64,000 bases of DNA from Opitutales bacterium (GCA_040398005.1 JBBAUX010000005.1:22554-86553); one strand, 5' to 3'. Shown: positions 19,453-30,599, counted from the stretch's first letter. The notes: generated by a model from the sequence alone, not told the origin. Translations and numbers: made by a program.

Positions 19453-20778
19453 TTAGCGGACGCTGCTGTTTAATTTTTTAAGATTAAACTGGAGGACGTG
19501 AGAATTTCTACCGCTCAACTTAAGTTCTTTTCGGCGAGCCGCCGGTAAATCATTTTGCGATCCGGCGACAAAGCTACAGGCGGATTGGAAGAAGCCTTGG
19601 GTTTGTGTAGTGAGGGCAATGAGTTTTTTAGCGCCGAGGCTCTTCGCTGTTAATTTCGCGTATTCGACGAGTTTTTTGCCCACACCGCGACCGTGATAAA
19701 AGGGCTGAACGTAAACGGCGCAGACTTCCATTGATTTACCGCCGGGGTAGGCACGGAGGGCAGCACACCCGATGATGCTGTCATCAATTTCATAGACAAA
19801 GAATTCCTGAATCGTTTGTTCGATTTGTAGACGTGTCCGTCCGACTAACGCATCGGTCTTCGCGCCGTGCTTCGCTAAATTGTAGAGAGCTTGGGCGTCT
19901 TTCTTTTTGGCCTGGCGGATTTGATCGTAGTCGTTGGCGTGCACCATGGTGCCCAATCCCACTTTATCAAAAATTTCAGTGAGTAGTCCGCCAAAAACGC
20001 GGCCATCTAAAATGTGGGCGCGGGGAACGTCTTGATCTAAAGCTTTAGCGGCTTGCACGGCTTTGCTTCTGATCCGCGGGTCTAATTTAATTTTCTTATC
20101 GCTCAGGATTTTTTTCAGTTCGTCTTCGGGTAAGTTAACTTTGACCTGACCATCAATTTGCAGTCCAGCAAAGGGTGTGAGGTAGATCAGCTTCGATGCA
20201 CCCATGGCAGCGGCCAGTTCCATTGCTAAATGGTCACTATTGACCCGTAAAGATTGGCCTTCGCGATCGCAGACGATGGGGGTAACGAGCGGTAAAATAT
20301 CTTGCGACAGCATCGTTTTCAAAATCTCCACATCTACTTTTTCGACTTTACCGGTGAAGAGATGATTTTTTCCTTTGATCACGCCGACGTTGGTGGCGCG
20401 GACGGCGTTGGTGATGACGCAACGTAAACCCGCTTGAGAAAGATGTTCGAGGACGGTTTGAGAAACTAAGGCGGAAGCTTCACGCGCGAGCGACATGGTC
20501 GGGGCGTCGGTGATGCCTTCGCCTTGAATGTCAGAAATCGTCATATTATGTTCACCGGCGAGAGTGACGAGTTGTTGTCCGATGCCGTGTACTAAAATAA
20601 CTTTGATTGAAAGACTTTTGAGCACCGCAATATCCGTCACGATATTATTAAAATTTTCGTGACTGACGATTGAACCATCGACGGCAATCACGAAGCTATG
20701 ATCCCGGAACATGGGAACATACCGGAGGATGCCACGAAGGTCGGTGGGCTTCATTGCCCGTTCACGCTGACTTGCCAT
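19453..20778 (-). CDS. argA: Amino-acid N-acetyltransferase (N-acetylglutamate synthase, AAK+GNAT)
   Basis: Y...FR...FVIA, LVHG, TGKVEKVD, LLTEIF...GLGT; C-terminal GNAT (GRGVGKKL, LTTQT..FF, RNS). Start at 20778 or 20754. Confidence 0.92.
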   Translation of the reverse strand: MASQRERAMKPTDLRGILRYVPMFRDHSFVIAVDGSIVSHENFNNIVTDIAVLKSLSIKVILVHGIGQQLVTLAGEHNMTISDIQGEGITDAPTMSLAREASALVSQTVLEHLSQAGLRCVITNAVRATNVGVIKGKNHLFTGKVEKVDVEILKTMLSQDILPLVTPIVCDREGQSLRVNSDHLAMELAAAMGASKLIYLTPFAGLQIDGQVKVNLPEDELKKILSDKKIKLDPRIRSKAVQAAKALDQDVPRAHILDGRVFGGLLTEIFDKVGLGTMVHANDYDQIRQAKKKDAQALYNLAKHGAKTDALVGRTRLQIEQTIQEFFVYEIDDSIIGCAALRAYPGGKSMEVCAVYVQPFYHGRGVGKKLVEYAKLTAKSLGAKKLIALTTQTQGFFQSACSFVAGSQNDLPAARRKELKLSGRNSHVLQFNLKKLNSSVR

Positions 20779-20828
20779 AAGGGAATCGTTATGGACTCTT
20801 TCCCGTGAGTGCAATAAAAGATAGATAC

Positions 20829-21776
20829 ATGGGTAAGTCGCGTCAGACAAAGAGTAAGGGGGTGCCGCCCGATTTGCAGGAGTCGGTGGATTCTTTTTTA
20901 GCCTATTTGGCCTTGGAGCGTGGATTGGCGAAGCTTACCACGGCGGCGTATGAAGACGACTTGATACGTTTTTCTAAGCACTGCGCGAGTGCGGGTCGGA
21001 CTAACTGGGTTGACGTTAAGTTAGGTGACATTGAATCCTGGGTGAAAGTTTTAAACCGCAAGGGTCATGCTTCGGCTTCCTTGGCGCGTCGAATTTCCGC
21101 AGTACGAACTTTTGCGGCACACTTGGTACGATCGGGATTACGCCGCGATGATTTTACGGAGCTTGCCCGCAGTCCTAAAATGAAACGCAGTCTACCGGCG
21201 ATTTTATCTCCCGAGCAGGCCGCCCTGGTCGTGTCCGCGCCTGATACATCTAAGCCACAAGGTCTCCGGGATCGTGCGATGTTAGAATTGATGTACGGGT
21301 CGGGTCTCCGTATTTCGGAATTATGTAGCCTCGAATTGCAAGCGGTAGACATCGAATCCGCTCTCGTGCGCGTGAGAGGTAAAGGTTCGAAAGACCGCGT
21401 GGTGCCAGTGGGTGAATCTGCCTTAAAAACCCTGCAGCATTATTTAAAAGATGGTCGGCCTAAACTCAGTCGTCCCAAAACGGGAAGCGCGTTGTTCTTG
21501 AGTGCGCGTGGCCAAGCACTTTCGCGAAAAACTTTTTGGTTAAGTGTTAAGCAGGCCGCTCAAAGAGCGGGCGTTGATGTGCCCGTAAAACCTCATTTGC
21601 TTCGGCACGCTTTTGCGACGCACTTATTAGCCGGTGGGGCTGACTTGCGATCGATTCAGGAGATGCTCGGGCATGCGGATATCGCCACGACACAGATTTA
21701 TACCACGGTCGAACGTACCGCACTCAGTGCGGCCCATCGTAAGCACCACCCGCGCGGTAAAAAATCGAGCTCTTAG
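20829..21776 (+). CDS. xerD: Tyrosine recombinase XerD/XerC
   Basis: RDRAMLELMYGSGLRISEL, GKGSKDR, PHLLRHAFATHLL, LGHADIATTQIYT; N-terminal SAM-like domain. Confidence 0.88.
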   Translation: MGKSRQTKSKGVPPDLQESVDSFLAYLALERGLAKLTTAAYEDDLIRFSKHCASAGRTNWVDVKLGDIESWVKVLNRKGHASASLARRISAVRTFAAHLVRSGLRRDDFTELARSPKMKRSLPAILSPEQAALVVSAPDTSKPQGLRDRAMLELMYGSGLRISELCSLELQAVDIESALVRVRGKGSKDRVVPVGESALKTLQHYLKDGRPKLSRPKTGSALFLSARGQALSRKTFWLSVKQAAQRAGVDVPVKPHLLRHAFATHLLAGGADLRSIQEMLGHADIATTQIYTTVERTALSAAHRKHHPRGKKSSS

Positions 21777-23278
21777 ACAAAGAAGAGTAAGCCGCCGATA
21801 ATGGTCGCTGCGGATAACGCACCGATGACAAATTTCGCAGTGGCGGATACTTCAATCGTTTCAATGGTTTCATCCCCGACACTGGGTCTAACCACCGCTT
21901 CGCGAATGACGGAGAAGTAATAGTGGATGCTGACGGCTACGCTGAGAAGAACGGCGCTGAAGACCCACCATAATTTTACTTTAGCGAGTAGTATTAAAAT
22001 AAATAATTTGGCGAAGAAACCGATGGAGGGAGGAACGCCTGCCAATGAACTGATACCAAAGCCTAAGCCACCGGCAAGAATCGGTGAGCGTCGAATTAAA
22101 CCGCGTAGTTGTAGTAACGGACGACGATGATCTTCGAGAGCGGGAATGGAAATGAGTGCTTGGGCGACCAGGAAACTACCGATGGTGTAAGCGATTAAAT
22201 AATAAGCTAAGAGGTTGGTATCATAATCACCATTTTCACCTGCGACTAAAATGCCGGTGATCGCTGCGAGAATAAAGCCGGCATGCGAGACGCCGGAGAG
22301 TGCGATGATACGCTTGATGTCCGTTGCGGCGAGTGCGGCGAGGTTTCCGGCGATCAAAGTAAGGATCGTGGTGATAGCGAGGACGGGTGCTAACTTAGAA
22401 GCCAGCGGTTGAAAGGGACCCGTAACTAATAAGAATAAGGTGAAGGCACCGGCCGCTTTGGATGCGGTACCGAGTATCGTTGTGGTAGGTGTGGGTGCCC
22501 CTTGATAAACATCGGGGATCCAAGTTTGGAATGGGAAAGCACCGAGCTTAAAGGCCGCTCCACTTAAAATGAGTGCCACACCGGTGAGGGTGAGGGCGGT
22601 GCCATGTCCGGCTGCCAAGGCTTTAGCGATTTGATCGAAGTTTAAAGAATCGGGCGTGGTCGCACCGAGTGAACCATAAACTAAAACAATGCCCATGAGA
22701 AGAAGTGCGGAACTTAAGCCACCCGCGACTAAATATTTAACGCCGGCTTCTAGTGACGCCTCACTTTTGCGGAGATAACCGACTAAAATATAAAGTCCAA
22801 CGGCCGCTGTTTCGAGGCTCACAAATAAAGTCACGAAGTGATTCGACTGAGTTAACAGCATGAACGCGGCGGTGATTACCAAGACCACGTGGTGATAATC
22901 GGCGACGACGGCGTGACGTTCCTCGAGGAAACGTGTCGCAATAAAACTCGTCAGTAGTGCGGAGATTAAAAAGCTGAGACGAAAACCGCAGGTGACATCA
23001 CTGAGTTGAAGTAAGCCTGAAAAAGTGGTGGTGGCTACGCCTGAGCAGGGATTCCATGGAGTGAAAGGAATCAGTGACATTAAAATCACTAAGCCCAGTC
23101 CGATGCGTGCGGTGGTGGGGATGAGCCAGTTGAGTTTTTTATTTAAAAACATCGCCTGAATCAGGCAGAGCAAGGCGAGGCCCGCTACGGAAATTTCAGG
23201 CAGGATCGAAGCCCAGTCCGTATTGCGTGGGGCGAGTAATTTTAAAGCGAGTTCGGTGGAAGCCATCGGAGAAGTCAT
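21773..23278 (-). CDS. nuoN: NADH-quinone oxidoreductase subunit N
   Basis: EAGVKY, FKLGAFPFQTWIPDVYQGAPTP, KRIIALS, GFFAK. Confidence 0.95.
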   Translation of the reverse strand: MTSPMASTELALKLLAPRNTDWASILPEISVAGLALLCLIQAMFLNKKLNWLIPTTARIGLGLVILMSLIPFTPWNPCSGVATTTFSGLLQLSDVTCGFRLSFLISALLTSFIATRFLEERHAVVADYHHVVLVITAAFMLLTQSNHFVTLFVSLETAAVGLYILVGYLRKSEASLEAGVKYLVAGGLSSALLLMGIVLVYGSLGATTPDSLNFDQIAKALAAGHGTALTLTGVALILSGAAFKLGAFPFQTWIPDVYQGAPTPTTTILGTASKAAGAFTLFLLVTGPFQPLASKLAPVLAITTILTLIAGNLAALAATDIKRIIALSGVSHAGFILAAITGILVAGENGDYDTNLLAYYLIAYTIGSFLVAQALISIPALEDHRRPLLQLRGLIRRSPILAGGLGFGISSLAGVPPSIGFFAKLFILILLAKVKLWWVFSAVLLSVAVSIHYYFSVIREAVVRPSVGDETIETIEVSATAKFVIGALSAATIIGGLLFFV

Positions 23279-23289
23279 GATACGAAAGT

Positions 23290-24843
23290 TTAGTTGCGGG
23301 GAGATTCTTGAACAGGAGCTGCCTTAAACGGTTTGGCTTGGGCAATGCGGGCCAGCGCCTGTGCTTCCGGGTTGGTGTAATTAGTAATCAGTGAAGGAAT
23401 AAATCCAATCACGAGTGAGCCACCGAGAAGAATGATGGTTGCGGTACGTTCGGCGCCGTTGAGATCGACAATCGGAGCGTAAGCATGACGGGCTTCGATG
23501 GTCGAAGAAACTTTTCCGAAGAAAACGGAAGCGACGGCGCGTAGCGCGTAGATTGCAGAGATCACAACGGTGGAGACGACGAAGACTTGAAGGATGAACG
23601 GTTGATTTCTGAGCGAGAGGAAGACGCCCAGTTCGCCCCAGAAATTTCCGAAGCCGGGTAGACCAATGGACGCCATGATCGCCGCGATAAAGAAAGCCGA
23701 GAGCACTGGAGTGTGTCGTGCGAGACCACCCAGTTCATCGAATCGATATGTACCCGTGCGGGTACGAACCGCATTGGCTAAAAGGAATAAGGCCGCGCAG
23801 GAAAGTCCGTGTGCCACCATCAAGAAGATGGCTGCATCGAGACCTTCGGCGACGCCTTGCGTTGCGCAAACCCAGATGCCGACAAAGATAGGACCCATGT
23901 GAGCCACAGAGCTCCAGGAGAGCATTTGTTTTAGGTCGCGCTGTCCGAAGCAGATGAGTCCGACAATAAATACGTTAGCCACGGAGCACCAGAGGAACCA
24001 GTGACTGAGTGTGCCGTTGCCCATTTTCATGGTGGCAGCGACAATCATAATGATTCCGTAGAGGCCAAATTTCTTAAGTGCTCCAGCGTGGATCATGGAT
24101 ACGGGAGTGGGTGCAGCGGAGTAACCTGGTGCGGCCCAAGAGTGGAAAGGGAAGAGTGAGGCCAGTGTGCCGAATCCAAATAAAGTAAGCGCCGTAGTTG
24201 CCGCTGGTAAGGGCAGTTGTGACTGATGGAACGCTAAGAATAATTGTTCGAAGGTGGCGTCTTCGATGCCCAGCCCGACCGTTTGCATCGCAATCACGAT
24301 ACCCGCTAATGAAAGCATGGCGCCGACGGTAAGGTAAATGGCCATTTGCATCGCCGCCGAACGTCGACCTTCGCCGCCCCAGAATAACGTGAGTACAAAA
24401 GTGGGAATGAGTGCGAATTCGTGGAAGAAATAAAATCCGATAATATTATTTGTACCAAAGACTCCGAGCGTTCCTCCGAGCATGAAGAGAATTAAACCCA
24501 GATAAGCATTTCGTGATTCAACTTCTTGATCGAGTGCTTTGATTCCCGCGGCGAGCCCCACCAGCGCAGTCATGGCGATCAAAGGTAAGCTGATGCCATT
24601 TAAGCCAAAACAAAATCCCCAGATGTTGGTTTGACGGTATTGAGTCACTGAACCGTAGGATTCGGCGCAGGGTAAGAAAAACCAAACGGTGATGAGGGCG
24701 GGCAGGGTGAATGCCGTGAGTGCAAATCCCGTGGCAAAGGAGCGAGGCAGATTTCGTCCGACTAAGAGAATCAATCCGACGAGAATCGGCGTAAAAATTG
24801 CCGCGAGTAGAAGAGAGGAATTCACAGTATTAAAATTTTCCAT
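23290..24843 (-). CDS. nuoM: NADH-quinone oxidoreductase subunit M
   Basis: FFHE..LIP, FPFHSW, DLKQMLSWSSVAHMG, GLPGFGNFWGE. Confidence 0.95.
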   Translation of the reverse strand: MENFNTVNSSLLLAAIFTPILVGLILLVGRNLPRSFATGFALTAFTLPALITVWFFLPCAESYGSVTQYRQTNIWGFCFGLNGISLPLIAMTALVGLAAGIKALDQEVESRNAYLGLILFMLGGTLGVFGTNNIIGFYFFHEFALIPTFVLTLFWGGEGRRSAAMQMAIYLTVGAMLSLAGIVIAMQTVGLGIEDATFEQLFLAFHQSQLPLPAATTALTLFGFGTLASLFPFHSWAAPGYSAAPTPVSMIHAGALKKFGLYGIIMIVAATMKMGNGTLSHWFLWCSVANVFIVGLICFGQRDLKQMLSWSSVAHMGPIFVGIWVCATQGVAEGLDAAIFLMVAHGLSCAALFLLANAVRTRTGTYRFDELGGLARHTPVLSAFFIAAIMASIGLPGFGNFWGELGVFLSLRNQPFILQVFVVSTVVISAIYALRAVASVFFGKVSSTIEARHAYAPIVDLNGAERTATIILLGGSLVIGFIPSLITNYTNPEAQALARIAQAKPFKAAPVQESPRN

Positions 24844-24846
24844 AAA

Positions 24847-26676
24847 TTAGCGGACAAGGAACCAGATGAAGAGGAGCGAACCGAGGGTGATCCAGATGGC
24901 GTAGGCACGAGTCTGTCCGCGGTGAAAAATGGCATTGGAGACATGTCCCAGAGCGGCGAAGGTGCCACCGACAGTCCAGCGTACGGCGAGACCGTTGATT
25001 ACGAGTAAATCGAGGAATACAATGAATTCGGCGAAGCGGCGCTGAACTTTATCAATGTACCAATTGTAAAATGTGTCCATCCATCGGTATTCTAAAATTT
25101 GATAGGTGCGTGGAGAAATTTTCTGTAAGCTATCCTGCCCAGCAAACCATCCGTAAAATTTGAAACTTAAAAATCCAAGGATTAGGGCAGCTGCTCCCAC
25201 GATGGTTGCAGGAGCGGTTAGGTGGAACGCCATTTCGTTCAGCGACTTTTCAACGACCTGAAGGGATGAGTGGGGAATTAAAATATTGGCAGCAAAACCG
25301 GCGCCGATGGCATAAACAATTCCGAGCACGCTGATGGGAAGAGTCATCGTCCAAGGGGACTCATGGGCTTGCGTTGCCGCCTTGGAATTAGGTGCACCCA
25401 TGAAGACGAGACGAATCATGCGGCCGCTGTATAAGCACGTCGCAATGGCGGCGAGAGCGAGGAAGCTGAAAACCCAGAAGTATCCGCCGTGCCAGGCTGC
25501 TTCGATAATGGCATCTTTCGAATACCAACCTGCAAAGAAGGGAACCGCACAATTAGAAAGCGTTGCTGCAATAAAAGTTACTGCGGTGATCGGCATCTTT
25601 TTGAGCAGGCCGCCCATCTTTAACATATCTTGTTCGTGGTGACATCCGTGAATCACTGAACCAGCACCTAAGAACAAGGTCGCTTTGAAAAAGGCGTGCA
25701 TGGCCATGTGCAGCACAGCGAGTTCAGGATGTCCGAGTCCAATCGCACAACCCATTATACCGAGGTGAGCGAGAGTGGAGTAAGCCAAAGATTTTTTGAT
25801 GTCGGTTTGGGCGAGTGCACAGAGACCGGCGAGCGCGGCCATGCCGGCGCCGGAGATTGCCATCCAATGAAGAACTTCCGGAGCGAGCAGGAAACTGATA
25901 CGCGCCATGAAATAAACACCAGCGGCAACCATCGTCGCAGCGTGAATGAGGGCGGAGACGGGAGTGGGACCGGCCATTGCATCCGTTAACCAAACGTGTA
26001 AAGGGAACTGGGCGGATTTTCCGAGAAAGCCACACATCAATAAAAGTCCCAGGGCGAACGGCACGGCTGAACCCGCTTGTAATTTTAATTCAGCAAAATC
26101 GAGTGTGCCGTAAAGTTTTAAGCAAAGGGCGATACCCAAGATGAATCCCAGATCGCCAATACGATTAGTGATGAAGGCTTTTTTGGAAGCCTCGGCCGCA
26201 AAATCAGTATCAAAATAATGAGCGATGAGCATGTAGGAACTAAAACCAACCAGTTCCCAGAAAATGAAAGTCATTAATAAATTATCGGCGACGACGATAC
26301 CGAGAATCGAAAACATGAAGATGGAAAGTCCGGCGAAGAAACGTCCGCGGGCCTCATCTTCCTTCATGTAGCCGACGGAAAATAAATGAATCCAAGCGGC
26401 GACGAACGAAACGACGAACAACATTAAGCGTGCGTGGGCATCGATTAAATAACCAAAGCCTAAGGAGATTCCGCCGATTTTACCGAGTTCATAATGCCAT
26501 TTAATATCTTCCGAAGTTTGGGTGAGAATCGTGAGGGCGAGACCCGCGATGATAAAGGCGGTCAGGGTTGAGAACCAAGCGGCGAACGCACCTTGACGGC
26601 GAAGGAAGAGAGCCGAAAAGGCGGCGGCGCCTAGTGGGAGAAATAAAATCCAGTGTAAAAGAGAAACAGAGTTCAT
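24847..26676 (-). CDS. nuoL: NADH-quinone oxidoreductase subunit L
   Basis: GKSAQFPLHVWL.DAMAGPTPVSALIHAATMVAAG, HAFFKA. Confidence 0.97.
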   Translation of the reverse strand: MNSVSLLHWILFLPLGAAAFSALFLRRQGAFAAWFSTLTAFIIAGLALTILTQTSEDIKWHYELGKIGGISLGFGYLIDAHARLMLFVVSFVAAWIHLFSVGYMKEDEARGRFFAGLSIFMFSILGIVVADNLLMTFIFWELVGFSSYMLIAHYFDTDFAAEASKKAFITNRIGDLGFILGIALCLKLYGTLDFAELKLQAGSAVPFALGLLLMCGFLGKSAQFPLHVWLTDAMAGPTPVSALIHAATMVAAGVYFMARISFLLAPEVLHWMAISGAGMAALAGLCALAQTDIKKSLAYSTLAHLGIMGCAIGLGHPELAVLHMAMHAFFKATLFLGAGSVIHGCHHEQDMLKMGGLLKKMPITAVTFIAATLSNCAVPFFAGWYSKDAIIEAAWHGGYFWVFSFLALAAIATCLYSGRMIRLVFMGAPNSKAATQAHESPWTMTLPISVLGIVYAIGAGFAANILIPHSSLQVVEKSLNEMAFHLTAPATIVGAAALILGFLSFKFYGWFAGQDSLQKISPRTYQILEYRWMDTFYNWYIDKVQRRFAEFIVFLDLLVINGLAVRWTVGGTFAALGHVSNAIFHRGQTRAYAIWITLGSLLFIWFLVR

Positions 26677-26682
26677 TGCAAA

Positions 26683-26991
26683 TTAGTCGCAGAGGGTGGT
26701 GAGTTTTTCCGAGCTAACCGTTTGGCGTTGGCGGAAGAGGGCGACGATGAGAGCGAGTCCTACGGCAACTTCAGCGGCGGCGACGGTGATGATGAAGAAA
26801 ACAAAAATTGCGCCATCCATTGTGTTATTAAAACGGGAGAAGGCGACGAGGGCTAAGGTTGAAGCGGTGAGCATCAACTCAAGGCACATGTAGACCACGA
26901 GGAGATTGCGACGGATTAAGACTCCGGAGAGTCCAATCACAAAGAGCATTCCGGCGAGTAAAAGATGGTGGGAAAGGGTCGTGTGTTCCAT
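26683..26991 (-). CDS. nuoK: NADH-quinone oxidoreductase subunit K
   Basis: [18 protein letters not shown]. Confidence 0.96.
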   Translation of the reverse strand: MEHTTLSHHLLLAGMLFVIGLSGVLIRRNLLVVYMCLELMLTASTLALVAFSRFNNTMDGAIFVFFIITVAAAEVAVGLALIVALFRQRQTVSSEKLTTLCD

Positions 26992-27000
26992 AGTGTTTTA

Positions 27001-27534
27001 TCAGTTTTGGATTTTGGAATCTTTGCTGATTGAAACCACGCCGACGAGTGCGACGAGTAAAAGGAATCCAGAAATCTCCAGAGGGAGTAAATATTTGGTA
27101 TAAAGTAATCGACCAAAAGATTTGGCGGCGGTGGTGAAGACTAACGGATCGCTAGAAACTTCTGGCGGAGTGAATTGGACTTGGTTGGAGGGAACGGCTC
27201 CCGACCAAACGAAGAGCCAGATGACACCCGCGGCTAAGAAAAGGAAAACGGCCAGACCGGCCACTGCATGACGCCAAGGGTAGGTGGTAGGATTTTCTTC
27301 CGTATCCGAAAGTAACATGATGATGAAAAGGAATAGCACCATGACGGCGCCGGCGTACACGAGCACTTGAAGAACGCCGAGGAAGTAGGCATCGAGTAGG
27401 AAGAAGTCAGCCGCGACACCGACGAGGGCTAAAATCATCCCCATAGCGGAGGTCACTGCATTGCGACTGAGAACCAGAAGAGCTGCAGCGCCAATCGTCA
27501 GCGCGGCAAAAAATATAAATAGTCCATCGGGCAT
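27001..27534 (-). CDS. nuoJ: NADH-quinone oxidoreductase subunit J
   Basis: QVLVYAGAVMVLFLFIIMLL, Y.LP.E. Confidence 0.95.
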   Translation of the reverse strand: MPDGLFIFFAALTIGAAALLVLSRNAVTSAMGMILALVGVAADFFLLDAYFLGVLQVLVYAGAVMVLFLFIIMLLSDTEENPTTYPWRHAVAGLAVFLFLAAGVIWLFVWSGAVPSNQVQFTPPEVSSDPLVFTTAAKSFGRLLYTKYLLPLEISGFLLLVALVGVVSISKDSKIQN

Positions 27535-27658
27535 GGTTCGAACCTAGGTGAGGGGGGCTTGTTGGAAAGGAGAAAAACGCATTTTTAAACTAAATTTTCA
27601 AAGATTTTTAGGTTGTCAGGCTATCCGTTTTTACGCCGAGCAAACGGGTGTGTAAATC

Positions 27659-28141
27659 TCAGCGATTTTTGAGAGGAAAGTGTTTCCGCATCACGCACTG
27701 GGCGTGAGATTCGATCACTTCACCTTCATCAAAAAGTTTTGTCCAGTCGGGGAAAAACGCATCGGCTTCTGGCTCTAAGTCTACATGAGTGATGATGAGT
27801 TCACTGCACCAAGGAAGGGCTTCCGCGTAAAGGACAGCTCCACCCGCCAGAAAAAGTGTTTGATCGGGAGCCAACTGTGCCGCTTCAGCCCAAGATTTTG
27901 CGGTTAATACACCTGGAGCGGTGAAACCTTGTCGGCTGAGAACAATAGTGGTGCGACCGGGAAGTGGACGTCCGATGGACTCGTAAGTTTTCCGTCCCAT
28001 GAGCATCGCTTGGCCCATGGTAGTCTTTTTGAAGAACGCGAAGTCTTCCGGAATTCGCCAAGGCAGTTGATTATTTAAACCGATGGCGCGGTTTTTGCCA
28101 ACGGCAGCGATTGCGATGAGTGGTCGGCCAAAAAAATTCAC
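27659..28141 (-). CDS. folA: Dihydrofolate reductase
   Basis: IG..NQLPW.IPED..FFK..T, MGRKTYESIGRPLPGR, GG..LY, DAFFP. Confidence 0.96.
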   Translation of the reverse strand: MNFFGRPLIAIAAVGKNRAIGLNNQLPWRIPEDFAFFKKTTMGQAMLMGRKTYESIGRPLPGRTTIVLSRQGFTAPGVLTAKSWAEAAQLAPDQTLFLAGGAVLYAEALPWCSELIITHVDLEPEADAFFPDWTKLFDEGEVIESHAQCVMRKHFPLKNR

Positions 28142-28145
28142 AAAA

Positions 28146-28991
28146 TTAAATAGCTACAGGGGCTTTAATGCCGGGATGAGGATCGTAACCCTCGATGGTT
28201 ATATCTTCATATTTAAAATCGAATAAGTCTTTAATTTCAGGATTTAAAATTAAGCGAGGGAGGGGTCGAGGCTCACGCGAGCACTGTAAATCAACCTGTT
28301 CGAGATGGTTCGAATAAATGTGTGCATCGCCAAAGGTGTGGACAAAGTGTCCAGGTTTCAAGCCGGTCACTTGCGCAATCATATGCGTGAGTAACGAGTA
28401 ACTCGCGATATTGAAGGGCACACCTAAAAATAAATCTGCGCTACGTTGATAGAGTTGGCAACTCAGACGATTGTCCGTCGAAACGTGGAATTGATAAAGC
28501 GTGTGGCAGGGTGGGAGGGCGACTTTATCAGCTTCGAGTGGATTCCATCCGGTGACAAGATGTCGGCGACTGGCAGGATTCTTTTTCAGTTGTTCAATCA
28601 GTAGTTTGATTTGATCAACGCCGTCGGAGTTATAAGTGCCGTCGGCTTTTTTCGTCGCACCAAAATTTCTCCATTGATGTCCGTAGACGGGTCCGAGTTC
28701 ACCTTCGCCGCGCCCAAACTTTGCACACTGTTCTGCGGTGGCCCATTCATTCCAAATACTTACACCTCTTTCGGTGAGCCACGCGTTATCCGTACGGCCT
28801 GCTAAAAACCAAAGCAGTTCTTGGATGATTGATTTAGTGTGAACTTTTTTCGTGGTCACCAAGGGGAAGCCTTGGGCGAGGTCGAAACGTAATTGGGCTC
28901 CGAAAATTCCGAGGGTGCCAACGCCTGTTCGGTCTTTGCGTACTTCGCCCGTTTGGCGGACATGCCGAAGTAAATCTAGATAGGCCTTCAT
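28146..28991 (-). CDS. thyA: Thymidylate synthase
   Basis: [39 protein letters not shown]. Confidence 0.98.
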   Translation of the reverse strand: MKAYLDLLRHVRQTGEVRKDRTGVGTLGIFGAQLRFDLAQGFPLVTTKKVHTKSIIQELLWFLAGRTDNAWLTERGVSIWNEWATAEQCAKFGRGEGELGPVYGHQWRNFGATKKADGTYNSDGVDQIKLLIEQLKKNPASRRHLVTGWNPLEADKVALPPCHTLYQFHVSTDNRLSCQLYQRSADLFLGVPFNIASYSLLTHMIAQVTGLKPGHFVHTFGDAHIYSNHLEQVDLQCSREPRPLPRLILNPEIKDLFDFKYEDITIEGYDPHPGIKAPVAI

Positions 28992-29105
28992 GGATTGAGG
29001 GTTAACCTTGATGAACCCCTAACGGCAATACGGAAAGGCGGGCGATTTTTGAACCTTTCGCCCTTGCCAGCCCGCCCCCCAAAAGACACCCCTAAAGGTG
29101 TTAAT

Positions 29106-30590
29106 ATGAGTGATAAGCCCGACCTTAATACCATCTCACACGACCTTCATGCAGTTCGTTTGGAGAAACTTGCTCAACTTCGTGCAAATGGGGAAGATCC
29201 ATTCCGCGCAAATTGGAATCAGTCACATATTTCTAGTGAGTGTGTTCAGCTTCTGCCTGAGGGCGTTGAAGAAGGCCCCGAGGTTTCCGTCGCCGGCCGC
29301 GTTGTGGCGATTCGCGTCATGGGTAAAGCGAGCTTTGTTAAGATTCTTGATCGTGCCGGCATCCAACAATGTTACTTCACGCGCGACGCTTTAACGGAGC
29401 GCTACGATACCCATTTCAAAAAGCTGATAGATTTAGGTGACTTTATTGGCGTTCGTGGAAAATTATTTAGAACGAAGACCGGTGAAGTAACGGTACGTGC
29501 TGCCGATTACGGTTTGGTTTCTAAAGCCGTTCGTCCGTTGCCTGAAAAATGGGCTGGCTTGACCGATGCCGAAAAAATTTACCGTCAGCGTTATCTCGAC
29601 TTAGTGGTGAATGAGGAATCGCGTAATCGTCTCTTCATTCGCAGTCGAGTGATTGAATCGATCCGTAAATTTTTATGGAGTCGTCAATTCACTGAAGTAG
29701 AAACTCCTGCTCTGCACTCCGTGGCCGGTGGTGCTGCAGCTCGTCCCTTTGAAACACACTCTAACGCTCTTGATTGTGATTTTTACTTACGCATTGCCCT
29801 AGAATTGCACCTAAAACGCTGTTTGGTCGGCGGTATGGATCGCGTTTTTGAAATTGGACGCGTTTTCCGCAATGAAGGTGTTTCGATTAAGCACAGTCCA
29901 GAATTCACGATGCTCGAAGCTTATCAGGCCTATACTGATTATCGAGGTATGATGGAACTGGTGCGCAGTCTCATTCAGAATGTCTGCAAAGAAGTTTTAG
30001 GCACGACCGTCGTGACGCGTCCCGATGGTGTCGCCATTGAACTCGGTGGTGAGTGGCGCGAAGCTAAGTATAAAGATTTAATTATCGAACGCACGGGCGA
30101 TGCTCAATGGTTCTCGCGCAGCAAAGAAGAAAAAATTGCAGCGTGTAAAAAATTAGGTCTCGAAGAGCCGCGGACCGATTGGGAAGACTTTGAAGTGACC
30201 AACGAAATTTTCGGAAAACTCATTGAGCCGACTTTATTACAACCCACCTTCGTAACGCATATACCTAAAGAGTTATGTCCATTGGCTAAGGTGACCGTGG
30301 GTGACGATTCCACCATCGATGTATTTGAGCTTTGTATTAACGGACAAGAAATTGCTCCGGCGTATTCGGAGCAAAACGATCCGGGTGTGCAAAGAAAGAT
30401 GCTGGAAATACAGGCTGGCGCGGAAACTCAGAAAATCGATGAAGATTTTCTTTTAGCACTCGAGCACGGTATGCCTCCAGCGGGCGGCTTGGGTATTGGC
30501 ATTGATCGCTTGGTCATTCTGCTCACTGGGGCTGCTAATATTCGTGATGTGATTCTCTTCCCAACTATGGGTCCCGATAAAAACGCTTAA
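29106..30590 (+). CDS. lysS: Lysyl-tRNA synthetase (class II)
   Basis: OB-fold VAGR, YRQRYLDL, GGAAARPF, FRNEG, HSPEFTMLE, GMPPAGGLGIGIDRL; start at ATG 29106. Confidence 0.98.
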   Translation: MSDKPDLNTISHDLHAVRLEKLAQLRANGEDPFRANWNQSHISSECVQLLPEGVEEGPEVSVAGRVVAIRVMGKASFVKILDRAGIQQCYFTRDALTERYDTHFKKLIDLGDFIGVRGKLFRTKTGEVTVRAADYGLVSKAVRPLPEKWAGLTDAEKIYRQRYLDLVVNEESRNRLFIRSRVIESIRKFLWSRQFTEVETPALHSVAGGAAARPFETHSNALDCDFYLRIALELHLKRCLVGGMDRVFEIGRVFRNEGVSIKHSPEFTMLEAYQAYTDYRGMMELVRSLIQNVCKEVLGTTVVTRPDGVAIELGGEWREAKYKDLIIERTGDAQWFSRSKEEKIAACKKLGLEEPRTDWEDFEVTNEIFGKLIEPTLLQPTFVTHIPKELCPLAKVTVGDDSTIDVFELCINGQEIAPAYSEQNDPGVQRKMLEIQAGAETQKIDEDFLLALEHGMPPAGGLGIGIDRLVILLTGAANIRDVILFPTMGPDKNA

Positions 30591-30599
30591 GCACTTAAC

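Noticed and set aside
20829..21776. Tyrosine recombinase as marker of an integrated element
   Set aside because: It has chromosomal Xer motifs and housekeeping neighbours; no att repeats or cargo genes seen
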